This document shows, piece after piece, positions 12,172 to 26,478 of a stretch of DNA of 64,000 nt. This DNA comes from Octopus sinensis. Taxonomy: Eukaryota. The notes beneath the pieces were generated by a model, which was given only the letters and a program-made list of their open reading frames with translations, did no database searches and was not told the DNA's origin. The stretch spans positions 129,580,001 to 129,644,000 of the forward strand of contig NC_043000.1 in assembly GCF_006345805.1 (NCBI RefSeq). Direction: 5' to 3'. The translations under genes were made by a program, and so were the position numbers. Each line of letters starts with the position of its first letter. Position 1 is the stretch's first letter.

Positions 12172-14409
12172 GGTGTATATATATATATATATCTTATTTC
12201 TTGTTTTACATTTCATTCCTTGTTTCAGGCTAGGAGGCAATCCTCAGTTGGAGACTCTTCGTGGTGAGACATTCATCACTGTCGGATGCTACAGCAGTAA
12301 TGGTTGTTTCAACGCGCATCAACATAAAAAATGAGATTCCTACTCTGTTAATATATTTTCTGGCGAAATCAGCTAAAAAACATGCGTGGACAGACCAGAT
12401 GAGAAAGAAGACCCTGTTGAGTTTGTTTCTAGCCGAGGTCTGTAATGATACAATATAGTCGTTGTATAGATGGAAGCAGTAATATTTTGCTATTCGCTGC
12501 GCTTTCTATTGAAAGACACATTGCCGGCCAGACACATGCGCATCGGTGGGGAGGTAAAGAAGTAACTTTCGGTGTTTCTTTATCCACTCGACGAGAAAGT
12601 GATGAAGCCACCACATAGCAACAGTTTTTCTACTGTGAAACGTGAAAGTAACTATCGCCGACGCAGCCGGTGTGTGATCCTTAGTTAGAGACTTTGTTCG
12701 GACTAATATAGCTGTAAAACAGTAACGTACGTGTCCCATGGTGAGTTCAGTATGAACGGAAAACAACACTGAGCAAAATAGCAAAAACTCTTTCGATCGT
12801 AATTTTCAGTACGGTCTTAGTCCGTGAAAGTGAGCACCACCACTCGTTTCAGATTAGTAGCAAGCTATGCGTCCGATGCAAGGTATCAGAAAAATGACTA
12901 CATGACTAACTGGCTTGTGGCAGCCAAATATACGCAGCAACGTTGCTTTCTGATCCTTCTATATTGGTTCTTCCTATCTTTGCGAAGCAAAATTTGCAAA
13001 GCATTGGATTGTTTACATACTAATAGGGAACGTTAGTTAGGTTTAGACTGTCATATGGCGGGTCTATTTATCCTAATGATTCTCTGCGTGTACATGGCTG
13101 CTGACTTATGTGGTGGTAATGGTGACGAAACTAATTAATCACCGGAAGTGGGTTCAGGGATGAAAAGACTATCGAGTTGTCTATTAGTGGGTCTCATCCA
13201 AAGATTCCTTCATGATAGCTGGAGCCATATGAAAGGGTCTCGTGGACGTTCACTAATCTAGTCTCGATCTAAGAACGAAAAAAAAAGAAAAAACAGCCAC
13301 TTCTCCCCTGGTCGGGGTTGGCTACATTAAAGTGTCAAATGCTGGGCGGCAAGTGAAACACGATCGCTGAGCAGAAGCGGTGAAGCTCGATGGGCCGAAT
13401 GTCCGGTTAAGGTACCCTACGCTTCTATTACATTTTCAATATACACAACATTCTGCTGTGTATATCGGTGTACATTGCAGGATGGCGAAGTCGAAATCTA
13501 CTCAGGGTTGTGTAACAAACGACTTTGAAAAATGAATAGCGGTGGTGTGAGCGACCAACACCAGACAGGGAAGACGATGTTGGTGAGAAGTTAAAAATTG
13601 CGTGCGAACTGATACCTGGTCATGTAGGAATATATTAAAACACACACATATTCACACTGACATAAATGATCAAATAACAGATTGATACATAGGGCTACTA
13701 TATACACAAGTTATGGGAATGCATATCAAAGTAAGCTACTGCTTTAAATAACTACAAAGATTTGTAGTTATTTAACTACAAAGAAAAAGAATGACTACAA
13801 AGATTTGTACAAAAATAAGTACAAAGATTTCTATTGGTTTTGATGACGAATATTGAATTCTCTTAACTGAATTATTTGGTCATTGATTTAGAGTTTAACA
13901 GATTGAGTATTCTACTGACATCTCTAATGTAATTCTTAAATAAAGTCAGCGTGTCAGCGTGACACAGATGTGTGACTAGGCTGGATGCCTGAATTACGAG
14001 TAAACTGTACAGCTTCTGTCTAGCTGATTTCACTCAAAAGGCTTGGATGAACCCGAAGTTACGGTAAAATGCACTTGATCAAGACGGCATGTAGTGGGAT
14101 TTCGTGAGTGCGAAACGAAAGCCTTTTCAATTTGACCATGCTGTATCCACATGCTGCTTTGAATACAGAGAAGGATACACATTCTAGAGAGCACGGTGTG
14201 AAGGTGGCGTGCTGAGGTTGATGAAAATAAACACAACTTGATTGTATTTGGCAATTCATTAATTTAAGATTGTCAGGTGCCATTAACATATAATTGTTCA
14301 ATCTCCAGCTTATCCATTAGCACCGGCCAGCTAGTTTAATTGGTTAGGCTGGTCATGAAAACCAGCATAAGAGAGGCGTACAAATAAATGTATATATCGT
14401 ATATAGTGA

Positions 14410-15030
<621 letters not shown>

Positions 15031-15794
15031 CATTATGTGCATATTTAGCGTTTATGGATAGAGATGCAAAGGGTGATGAAAATAAACGAGAAGGAAAGAA
15101 AGACGAGAACAGCTTCAGCATCAGAATTATTTAAATAACGCAAACAAGAATTACAGAATTATGTGGAGTCCAGAATAATTGCTCCGTATTAAAGGACAGC
15201 AAAGAACATAATTCAGTTAATAACAGCAAACAGTTTGTTTACCATTATAAATTCATGCTGCATAGTATTTACAAAAAGAAGATTAACGACAATGTATAGT
15301 AATTCAATCACGTAATATATTGTCTATCACGTGTTGTACTGCAAAGCTAAGCATATCTAGCATAGAAGTTTAAATATGGTGTTTAAAAATGATTTTTGTT
15401 TATTAGCACCGACTAGAAGCGCCGAATCTTATATAACTTCAGGAATATAAACAACATGGATGTATGCACGATGTGTAACCTAATGTCTCAGAGTTTCTAT
15501 TGAATCATACATGTGTGTCTCTTGGATTGTTCAAATGCCTATCGATGCGTAGTATTTGATTTGTATGACGTATTTTCATTGGTTGTATTTTGCAAGAGTT
15601 TCCTGCATCTTTGTTTTCCTCTGAACTTTTAAATATAGACGTATGTCTATAATATGTTGAGACGTGAAAACTTGTATTCCAGCTGGTACCAGATGACGGT
15701 GGTTAACTGATGAGTATATTATTAAAAAGGAAGGAAAAGAAAAGAAAAAAGGGTTTTCTTTTGTGCGTTTCTAGTGAGAACAGACTAATTTATT

Positions 15795-15861
15795 TACCTA
15801 CCTACCTACCTACCTACCTACCTACCTACCTACCTACCTACCTACCTACCTACCTATCTAC

Positions 15862-15905
<44 letters not shown>
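15795..15905. repeat. (CCTA)n(TCTA)n microsatellite
   Basis: Direct tandem repeats. Confidence 0.95.
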
Positions 15906-16320
15906 GCGATTGCATATATGTAAATATATGTGCATGTATTTATATGTATATATGTATAAGAATACTACAAATATATATATGACTAAAATGGTTTGGGAGA
16001 TGTACAAAATAGTATATCAATAAACTAATAAGGTTAGTTAAAAGAGATGTAAGAACTGTTCCCTAGTTTATTTTTGTACAATTACAGAATGTCTTCAAAC
16101 TTTTCAAGGAAATGAAATAGAATGAAATAAAATATAAAATATTTTTGTCTTAATGAATCTCCAGAGATACAAGAAAATGTATGCAATATGTAATAACGTA
16201 AATACAATTCTTTTTTATTTCATTCATTTCGTTTCTTCGTAAAATTTGAAGACTTTCTGTGTTTGTATATAAACAAACGAACGTTTCATTTATTTATTCT
16301 GACTATTTTTAGTAATACCA

Positions 16321-16403
<83 letters not shown>

Positions 16404-16560
16404 ATAGGGAGAGTTTACGAAAACAACAAAAGACAAAGACAGGTGGTTTACAAAACAAACAGATGTATTAGTATAACGCTCAGGAATAGAAAAAGTCTTT
16501 TACGTTGCGAGCCTACGCTCTTCTATAGAAAGGGACACAGAAGAAACAAGGAGAGAAAAA
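16404..16560 (-). mobile_element. Putative Penelope-like terminal remnant with a degenerate hammerhead-like motif
   Basis: Minus strand CTTT-CTATAGA-A-GAGC-GTAG-GCTC-GCAA-CGT-A-AAAG has type I hammerhead architecture with core substitutions; abuts (TA)n(TG)n. Confidence 0.4.
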
Positions 16561-16699
16561 AAAGAGAGAAAAGAAATGAGAGAAAAAAGGAGACAAAAAA
16601 AGGAGAGAAAAAGGAGAGAAAAAAGGAGAGAAAAAATGTGTGTAGTAGCTAACGGTCTATCATGGCGACATATATATATATGTGTGTGTGTGTGTGTAA

Positions 16700-16910
16700 A
16701 CGAGGAGTTGCTGAAATGGTCCTGGTTTTAAGGGTGTCGCAAAAGGCTTGGCTGGAGGTCCAAACTTCCGAGTTCTTTTCAGGGCTTAGAAAAACTGAAG
16801 GACCACTACAATAGGTGCGTGAATCTGAGAGTGGAATATGTTGAATAAAATCATAATTAACTGATCCTCTTGTATTTTCTTTCACCCAAACTTTTCAGGA
16901 CCCTCTCGTA
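16700..16910 (+). mobile_element. Mariner transposon 3' remnant
   Basis: Frame QGLEKLKDHYNRCVNLRVEYVE* (stop 16846-16848) resembles a mariner transposase C-terminus; ends in the TIR AAACTTTTCAGGACCCTCTCG followed by TA (16909-16910). Confidence 0.8.
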
Positions 16911-17339
16911 TATTCTGACGCAGTATTCAGTTTTCTAATAAGACATCTATGTTAAGTTGGATATAAAGATTACCTTTTGGTACTAATACTGCTTCCGTCG
17001 CTAATAATTAATTTTCGATAAGCCTGCTGGCTGTTTGTGATATCTATAAGAAAATGTTTTTTTTTTAAAATTAAGATCAGCCCCCAACTAAGCCCACTAA
17101 TGATCCCATCATCACCAACCATTTTTACGTTAGACACAGTTTATCTAGTACTATATTATATTATATTATATTATATTATATGCCATTCTCTTTTTAAAAT
17201 ATTATGGTTTCATTTCAAGCAGAATCGTTTACTACGTAGAGGTTCCGATGCGATTTCCGATTTGGGAGGAGGCTTTGGATTTGACTACAGAAGATATATC
17301 ATTGAAATTTACGAAATAATAATATATTTAACACATCAA

Positions 17340-17545
17340 GGCGGCGAAATGGCAGAATCGTTAGCATACCGGGCGAAATACTTAGCGGCATTTCGTCCGT
17401 CTGAGTTCAAATTCCGACCGACGAAGTCGACTTAGTCTGTCATCATTTGGGAATCGATAAAATAAATACCACTTGAAGACCGGGGTTGACGTAAGCAACT
17501 TAACCACTTCACCGAAATTGCTGACCTTGCGACAAAATATGAAAT
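17340..17545 (+). mobile_element. SINE family B, diverged
   Basis: GGCGGCGAAATGGCAGAATCGTTAGCATACCGGGCGAAATACTTAGCGG...GAGTTCAAATTCCGACCG. Confidence 0.75.
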
Positions 17546-17559
17546 CAATTTATTTAACA

Positions 17560-17750
17560 CATGAATGCACGTGGTCCAGTAAATACAGCGTTGCGCTTGT
17601 GATCGCAATATCGTGAGTTCAATTTCCCGACCGTACAGTGCATTGTGTTCTTGAGAAAAAACATTACATTTTATGCTGTTCCAGTTCACTCAGCAGTAAA
17701 TTGGTAACCCTGCGATGGACTGGCGTCCTTTCAGGGAACCGGGTAGCCAG
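17560..17750 (+). mobile_element. SINE family C, diverged
   Basis: TTGTGTTCTTGAGAAAAAACATT...TGCTGTTCCAGTTCACTCAGC...CCCTGCGATGGACTGGCGTCC. Confidence 0.7.
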
Positions 17751-18419
17751 CCATAAATATACTAGGACTCGAGATAGTAATGTACAAGGGCTGCTGCTGA
17801 TGATGACGATGGTGATGATGATGACTGTACTTAAACCGCACCCTCATACTTTATGTTTGTATAATAAAAGAGAGAAATCCAGTTCCAAGATGGTTACAAC
17901 ATTAACCAGACAAGCAAGACCGTTTGAAGTCAAAAGCAGAATCCTTTATCTCAGATGCATTAAAAACATAAATAACAGACGTATCCCCCCCCCCCGCTGC
18001 CGAATAACAACAACAGAAACCAAACAAACAAACATACAAATACAATAAAAAAGGAAGGGGGGGGGGGGTGGAATACGAAAAGTAAACATACGTACACAAA
18101 TATCTAAGGCATCTAGTGTTTTTTTTAAAGTGGAGGATGTTGGAATAATACAAGATATTTCAAATCTCTTTTGAGACGTAGCAGCGGTACACCATCTATC
18201 TTCTTCATACTGCAGCATGACATGTCACGAACACGTTATTTCCTTCACTAAAGTATATCGCTATTTGGCTTGCTATTTTTAATATCATAACCCACTCCTA
18301 CACTCATGTTCAGACAGATACACCTAGAATGTTTATTTCTATTTTGTGGAGCAAAAGTCATAAAAGTGCTCAATTCAACTTTAAGTTGGAAATGTGGCAA
18401 ATGTTATACATGTTAATCT

Positions 18420-18620
18420 ATGTAGGATAAGTATGGATTGCAAACCCGAGCGTATCATATCCCGGATTATGTTCGACAACTTCTTCGTGTAACCGCATAG
18501 TCAGCAGGTTACTCAAAGAAAGAATAGACTCACTCTTGGTGGTGTAGATCTTCACTTGTCCTCTGTCACTCATCAAGGAGATGAGGTTAAATTTGAAATT
18601 GCAGAGAATTTGATCACGTG
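18420..18620 (-). mobile_element. Possible decayed non-LTR RT fragment
   Basis: VKIYTTKSESIL...LHEEVVEHNPGYDTLG loosely resembles LKINxxKTExM...LExVxxFxYLG. Confidence 0.3.
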
Positions 18621-21184
18621 TCAGCAAGTCAAAGTTAGTATATAACTTAGAATTCGAGCTATTTGCGGTCTGTTTATTCACCTAGCTATCCTTCTAATCT
18701 CTCTCTCTCTTTTACACACACACACACATACACACATAATCTACATGCAGATACACACAGCCATTTATATATACTACTTAATGTTAATATATTGCGTAAA
18801 GGAAACTCACCGCGGTTTTCGTCTAGAGTAATTTCTCTTATGGAGACGTGCTGTGTTTAAAAAAAAAATTTGTATCACAGGCAGAAAAAAGTTATCATGG
18901 CGGTGGCTAGTAAGAACGGAAATTACATTTCTGCCTACCTGGGAGTTATCAGTAGTACGTACACGCAGCCAACCGCATGCCAAGATGAAATTTGCTACCA
19001 CCGATATAGGAAAACAATCAACGAGCATTGAATGGTGTCGTAAATAAGCGCTTGGCTGCATAAAAGTCTGTTGTATGCCACAAAGGCAGTAATAGATTAA
19101 AATAGGTATCTGTGTATTATATTTAATGTAAATATTTCGTGAAATGAATTTTGGAGAAATCTTATTTTGATCTCATAACCGCTTCCGTTGCATACAACGG
19201 ATTTTTATTCAACTGAGCAGTTATTCGTAACGCCAATGATAATTCATTGTTTTGCTATATCAGTGGTGGTAAATTTCATCTGGTTATACAGTTGGCTTTG
19301 AGTGCATTCTACTGCCAACAACCAAATAGGTAGAAATGCATCTAACATTCTCACCAATAGCTACTAGGACGATTTTCGTCTGCTCCCGATATATATAATA
19401 TTTTTAACACAGCACTTCCATTAGTGAATACCGCAATAAATTAGCTTTTTTCAAAGCATTTACATCAAGTATGATATACGGATGTCTATTTTAATCTGAT
19501 ACTGCTAAGTTGTATTTAACGGGTATGTATGTATGTATGTACATACAGACCTACACATATATGACTGATTTCTTTGTTTTTAATTTAGTTTCTATTTCCA
19601 TAGCACTTGAAGCCTAAGTACTGATTTGATGAGAAGATATCTCTGTTCTCTTACGTTTACTTTAGTCTCAGCCATTTCACTGCAACACGCCCTCTTCTTT
19701 GTATTGTTTTCCGTCTTCCTTTTGTAATTTATCGTTTTCAGTTATGAATCTACTTCATTCTGTTCTCAATCGATACAACGATGAGAATAGCACAGAGAAG
19801 AAAAAAAAATTATATATATATATAAACATATACACATACGCACACGCGCGCGCGTGCATGTATGTGTATATATGTAAATATATAGAAATAGATAGATAAC
19901 TGAAAAATAAATATAAACAATGATATCACTGGCAATAATGAATCGGAATGTATTTCTAGTCATCTATAAAACAACAAAATAACGAAAGCGATAATGCCAG
20001 TAACACAACAACGAAAAATTGCAAGATTATTGTACTAGAAATAGTACAACTGAATGTGTATTACGTGTCATTGTAGCCTCGTGAAATGAAGTGATGAACA
20101 TTGCACAATTAATTTTGTAGTTAGGTATAGTAAGACGGGAAGGCAGGATGGAAAGGGTGTGAGAAGAACCATAGTGTAGTGCATGAAATGTGTGAAGAGT
20201 AGAAAGGCTTATCAAAGCAAAAAAAAACAATAAAATTGTTGAAATAAAGATAATATGGGGGTTAGGTAGAGTGAAGTGTCGTCAAATATTAACAACAAGG
20301 TAATTTATTTAAACAAGGTAAGTTATTAAACCTTTGCATACTCAAAGCATTTTCATAAGTTTGTTCAGAAGTTCCATGATTGTTTTCATATTTTTAGTTA
20401 CCCGCTGTTTCATACATTCTGAGTAATATAATGCTTTCCTTTCATAAATCCCAAGTTATTTTGTTGGTTGAAAGAGATTGGGAACATGTACCATATAAGA
20501 TGAACGTCGCGGAAATATGTCCTGTGTATCATGCGATACACAAGTCAGGCAAAAGATTAATATAAAAGACACCTATAAAATCCTCTTAATTTAGAGCAAC
20601 CAAATTATTTGCCCAATGACAAGTAAAGAAATTATATGTAAACGTACGGTTACATACAGACACACATACAGATGTACTAGGAAAGAAAATGATTACATTT
20701 TCTTTAATTGGTTTTCGTCTTTGCACTTGCAACTACGCGGTCTCTCTCATACTCACATCTTCCAGTTAAGCAGACATAGATTTTAAAGTATTCCAGTTAT
20801 GATGTAGCCTGTGACTTTTAGAAGATATTCTGTTTGATGAGAGAATGTCAAATCTTGCTGCCATTTATTTTGTATTCACTTCTAGCAGACGTTAAAGCGG
20901 TACTAAATGGGGAAAGCGTTCAGTGGAAACAGAAGTAGTGACAACGAATTTCTTTGAAATATTCCACTTCTGATATAAATCGCGCCTGTTTTAGGACGTC
21001 TTGTGATTCGGCATTATTTAGGCAGGTTATTTTATGTACCCTGTAAAACACACACATACACACACACAATGTATACACACACACACACACACACCACACA
21101 CACACACACATATGTATATATATGCAGTAGAAGTAGAACCATCGCAGTGACCAGGTCGCAATTGGTGCGACAAAAGTTTTGATA

Positions 21185-21228
<44 letters not shown>

Positions 21229-21237
21229 TATATATAT

Positions 21238-21540
21238 AATGGCCAAATGGTTAGAGCAGCGGACTCGCGGTTATAGGATTGCGGTTTCGATTCTTAGATC
21301 GGGCGTTGTGAGTATTTATTGAGAAAAAACATCTAAAGCACCACGAGGCTCCGGCAGGGGGTGGTGGCGATCCCTGCTGTACTCTTTCGCCACAACTTTC
21401 TCTCACTCTTTCTTCTGTTGGCCTGCTCGCTTAGTCAGCGGGGTTGTGTCATTTGAAGGCTAAAACAAAGCGAAGCGCATTGTGACCAGCGATGTGTAGC
21501 AACATCTGATAGCCTGGTCAGTCACAGTGATCATGGTGAT
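21238..21540 (+). mobile_element. SINE family D (tRNA-like head) with tail type 1
   Basis: TGGCCAAATGGTTAGAGCAGCGGACTCGCGG...GGTTTCGATTC head; tail GAAGGCTAAAACAAAGCGAAGCGCATTGTGACCAGCGATGTGTAGCAACATCTGATAGC. Confidence 0.8.
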
Positions 21541-22029
21541 GTATATATATATATGTTATCCTTCACTGATTGCTAATCCATGAATACATTTCACTTTCAT
21601 AAATATTTCTATGCTTTATCAAAGAAGTATAGACATGATTTTTATATGTGCAATCTTCCTAATGCTATCATATTTATAAAAAGCCAATGTTTATTCACAT
21701 ATGATTCTTTTCTGAAGCGCTTCTATTCTTCTAGAATTTTGATTGTATCTCATTGTTGATTATCCTTACATTTAGTTTTAATGAAGACGATAAACAAGTG
21801 TTTATTTTAAACTTCGTTCCTTCATTGAAACGTATTTAAAGAGAAAAACTCAATATGTTTATTATTGTTTTAAAGACAGAAATATATATAAAATGGGATT
21901 GGAATTATTTTTGAACAGCGAAGATTTGGAATCGGCCAATCTAAAAATAATATTTGATAATCAGCTACCGAATTGTGTTATGGAATTCACACACACGCAC
22001 ACGCACGCGCATACACACACATGTAGTAT

Positions 22030-22335
22030 TTTTGCAGACGTGGTTGTGTGGTTAAGAAGCCCAGTTTACTGACCAGTGCCTTGTGATAGATGGAAACATG
22101 TGGTTCCCAGTTGTGTATATTATATGTGTGTATGTGTTTGTATTTGTACCCCTCTACTGCTGGAAACAGTTGTTGGTTTGTTTACGTCCTCGCAACTTAG
22201 CAATTCGTCAAAAAGACCTATAGAATAAGAACTAGACTTTAAAAAAAATGTGTATTGTGGTCGATTTTATCAACCAAAGCCTTGAAAGCGGTGCCCCAGC
22301 ATGGCCCCAGTCCAATGACTGAAGCAAGTAAAGTG
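22030..22335 (+). mobile_element. SINE family A, old diverged copy
   Basis: GTGGTTGTGTGGTTAAG head and GCGGTGCCCCAGCATGGCCCCAGTCCAATGACTGAAGCAAGTAAA tail. Confidence 0.7.
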
Positions 22336-22574
22336 TAAACAATAAAAGCTTTTAGTTAATGAGAAAATCAAAAAGTCAAGATTCTGAATCTCTTACGTTC
22401 AAGGCAAAAATCCGAAACCCAGTAATAAAAATAAAAGATAAAATAAAAAAGTTAACGATAAAAGAGTGTAATTTTTGAGGTCAGCCATTTCCCTCACTTC
22501 TCGATATTTCTATTTATGCATGTCATTTCGATATTTGAAATGGAACCCTTATTATGATGTAAAAAACTATAGAT

Positions 22575-23375
22575 CAGTGGTTCTCGACCATTTCCTTACC
22601 TATGGACCTCTTGATTCCTATTTTACTCAGATGGACCCTCATAACCATTTCATGTTTAAAAACTCCTGTCATATTTTTATAATTAAAGTAGAATACTCGT
22701 GACCCATGACGGTTTAGGTTATAAAATATTGAAGCTGATTTCAACATTGCATTGAAATAAAAGTTAATTTTATGATGATTCAGTTAAATATTTCAATTCA
22801 TTTTTGTCATTGTAGGTCTGGTTTACAAGTTCATGTTTAAGGTTTTATCGATTATTTTATTGATTATTTACAGTATCTATTACAGTATCTAATAGAAATA
22901 GAACTTCCGAGATAAACTTGAACTCCAGTAACAGTATTTATATAACGTAAACATAAAACTGATGGAAACAATTTTCACAGTATCATATATTCCCATTTCA
23001 GGGTTATGTTACTTTCGGTGTATTTTCCCATTATGCGCCGTTTTGGCTATTTTTGAAGGTACCCCCAAAAAACTGCGTATTTCGGGAATCCGTGGTCCGA
23101 TTTACGTGAAACTTGTTTTATTCGCTTGTATTCACGTTTCAGATGTTCCTAACTTTCAGAGTATTTTCCCATTATACGCTGGTTTTAAATTACAGACAAG
23201 CAAGCAATCACAGAGTTTTAGTAGTATATAGACAGTATTAGGAATTGTATAAAAAGAAAGTGTTGAAATATTTTGTGCATTGTAGAGGTATAACCAATTT
23301 ATTGTACATAAAATTTAGCAACAAAATCTTATATGGGTCCCCGAAGGCTATATCAACTCCTGTTGAAAACCACTG
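22575..23375. mobile_element. hAT (Charlie/MER5-like) non-autonomous element, possibly with a nested Helitron 5' fragment near 22985-23232
   Basis: TIRs CAGTGGTTCTCGACC (22575) and TGTTGAAAACCACTG (ends 23375); both 8-bp flanks have a central TA but are not identical; minus strand at 23232 reads TCTATATACTACTAAAACTC, like a Helitron 5' end. Confidence 0.6.
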
Positions 23376-23579
23376 CATTAACCATATCTAAGTTTAAAAT
23401 CCGGCTCTTTACGTACTCTGTTCAAATTCCACCATGGTTAGCTTTGGCGTTCATCTTTTCGAGGATCAATAAAATAAAGAACCAGACAGTATTGAATATA
23501 TAGTATCGACTTGCCCCTCCTCTCAAAATTATTAGCTTTGTACAGAAATCAGAAATAATATATATGAGGTATATATACG

Positions 23580-24022
23580 AGATTCTTCATTTATAGATTT
23601 TTATTTTCCTCTATTCGAGTTGATTTCTTCTTGCCTGTTCCTCACATGGCTTTTATTGTGTCTTCTTCCATAATATCTATCCATTCTTTTAATATTACAG
23701 GTTTCATGTTTTCTTTACTCCTGTGGATTATTTTCTGTTTCTCATGTTTTTCTCCGAGATTGTTTGTATCTACTTGTCTATGAAATCCTTTACTGCTATG
23801 GTTTTGTTATTTAATTTCCTGCAAAGACTCTCTGTATCTTCTCGGAATTAACTGTGTTGTTTGATTCTTTTCTCAAACATATTCTTTAAGATTTAGTATT
23901 CACCTTTTGGAATTAATCTTTCTTTAGTTTCTTTCTGTTCTTGTTCAGCTATAATTCCAAGTGATCTCTACAGCATTGCTTTCTTCCTGGTTGATAATTT
24001 GGTATTTTTGTTCTGCACCTCA

Positions 24023-24106
<84 letters not shown>

Positions 24107-24900
24107 ATACTACTACTACTTCCTTTTCTTCTTCTTCTTCATTTTTCTCTTTCAGTTGATTTCCTGTTGGAAGTTTTATTCCATAACTTGCGTTTTCTTG
24201 TTTTCCCAGAGATTTCGACACAACCAGCTTTTGTTAACTGCGCATGCTGTGGCGTACATTATTCGGTTTATACCGGTTACATCTACATCATTGATTTGCC
24301 GTCTAGTTATTTCTAATTCCTGATTAGCTGATTTGATAAGGTTTCTACTTTTTACGTTACATAATACCTTGCTAGGTTATGGTTTGTTTTCGATTTGTAT
24401 GAATATTATATCTTCAAATGTTTATTTAATTTCCTCTATCGTCTTTCTAGGTGATTGCATTCATTTACTTGTGTTGGCACTAGACTATTTTTCTTATTCT
24501 TATTTGGCAATGCTACGTTTAATGTTGTTTATATTTTGTTTTCTGTTGTGCTGTATTGCAGTGCGCATTGTTTTGCAGCGAGATTGCGTTGTATCGTGAT
24601 CTGTGTTTTTTTGTTGTCTATGATTTCATTGTGGATTCTTTCGCATTATTTTTCCTTTATTAATATTTTGTGATATTTTCCTGTTCTCTACTAAGATTAT
24701 TCTTTATGTTTTACAACTTTAAGCTACATATTTGCGGACATGCAAAGGGGCTGCGTTTTAAACCATTTTTTTCCTTTTCTCTTTTAACCAATAAGTCGAT
24801 TCTGTAACGTTGCCAGAAGAATTTTATTCGGCAACAAACAAAGCCTTTATAACCTCGTAGTACTCGGTTTTGGTCTAATTCTACCTCGTACATGTTATTT
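23580..24900 (-). mobile_element. Heavily decayed A-rich LINE relic (RTE-like), interrupted by (TAC)n at 24023-24120
   Basis: Strong strand asymmetry; interrupted minus frames with weak APE-like (GYKGFVC...RIDLLVK) and C-terminal-like (EWIDIMEED) stretches. Confidence 0.3.
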
Positions 24901-25676
24901 CATAGCTGAATTTATTAAGTAAATTCCTGTCACGCTGTGACCCTCTGTCTGGTTAAGTCGCATTGCAGAGTTGATTCCGCGTATAGGTTTGATTTTATAG
25001 AATTTGGGAACTACATTGTCGTCGACGCAGAAAATTTGCATAAAAATAAATATGTTAAGGTGTTCAGATGCTTTTAGTTTAATTAGTCACTGCTCTCTCT
25101 CTATCTCTTTCACCTTCTTTTCTCTCTCTCAGAGATGAGAAAGATAGTGTGATAGCAATAAGTGAATACTTAGAACATAAACAATAAAATTATATCTTTA
25201 ACTAGTCATGTTAATATCTGTCACAATCTTTCAAAAATTCATTTTGATTAAATAAAAGTTGTGAAAGTATTTAGCTTTTCTCAGTAGCAATTCATTTTCC
25301 TATTTTGTTTTTTAAACAGTTCGTTTATTTCTCATACACATAACTTGGTTAAATGGGAAGGTTATTTTTGTTTCATTTATTGTTACGAATTCTTTTTCTC
25401 TTTTCATAAAGTCTAAACGGTTTTCTGTATCATTGTTCATTATAATACGTTTGTAAATTTTTAATGGTTTCAGTTAGTAAACTACAACTACACCGGAGCG
25501 CTACTTCCAAGAGTTTCGTCGAAATTTATCAACTTCAGTATGTCTTTCAGTCTGCTACTAATTTTGTCGAATATTATTTGCCGAACCGTTAAGTTCCAAG
25601 AAATATATTATGAGAAATAACGGGGCACTAACATAATGCATACTGTTTTATTAAGAGCAAATATAAACACAGATAA

Positions 25677-25705
<29 letters not shown>

Positions 25706-25710
<5 letters not shown>

Positions 25711-25943
25711 ATCTCTCGCCATATCACAGTTCACTTATCACGGTTCACCTATCGTGGTTTATTATTTAAGCTTACGTCGATTCCTCCGTGATGTTGGTTT
25801 GTATTTATAATAAAAGAAATACATACAAATTATAGAAAAAAATAAAAATAAATATACAAAACAGTACTGATTCTACTTCGCGGATTTTCAACTATCGTGG
25901 GGGTTTTTGGAACGTAACACCCGCGATAGTCGAGGAATTACTG
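25706..25943. mobile_element. Tigger/pogo-type MITE
   Basis: Left (T)AGTAATCTCTCGCCATATCACAG vs right-end reverse complement CAGTAATTCCTCGACTATCGCGG; TA on both flanks. Confidence 0.7.
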
Positions 25944-26269
25944 TACATACACACGCGCACACATAGTTTACATTCCTGTGACTGAATATACAAGGGTTAA
26001 TTACAGGATTCAATGTAGGTCACACAAATAATGGTTTCACATTTAGACACAGTCCAGTAATTTGGAGAAGAGGGTATTAGTCGATACCATTGTACTCTGT
26101 ACTTAACTGGCACTTTGTTTTATCAGCTCTGGATAGATGAAAGACAAAGTTGACCACGGCGGAATTTGAACTTAGAACATAAAGAGCTGGAAGAAATACT
26201 GCATAGCATATTTTCCCGTCGATCCTACGATATCCTCAGTTCGCTGCCTTGCAATCTATACAAAATAAT

Positions 26270-26478
26270 AATTTCAAATTTTGGTGAAAGGCCAACAATT
26301 TCAGGGAAGGGGGTAAGTTGATTACATCGACCCCAGTGTTCAACTGGTACTTCTTTCATCGACCCCGAAAGGAAGAAAGGCAAAGTCGACCTCAGCGGAA
26401 TTTGAACACCGAACTTAAAGACGGACGAAATGGCACTAAGCATTATGCCGCCCGGCGTGCTAACGATTCTGCCAGCTC
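26270..26478 (-). mobile_element. SINE family B with (ATT)-type tail
   Basis: Family B body plus tail CCCCCTTCCCTGAAATTGTTGGCCTTTCACCAAAATTTGAAATTATT on minus. Confidence 0.85.

Noticed and set aside
15400-15720. CNL-CL-like codons and a CTGATGAG, suggesting a Penelope GIY-YIG end with a hammerhead
   Set aside because: Requires frameshifts, and no stem II/GAAA follows the CTGATGA; too weak to call
17980-18077. Poly-C and poly-G tracts in inverted arrangement
   Set aside because: Low complexity, no TSD and no second example; could be chance
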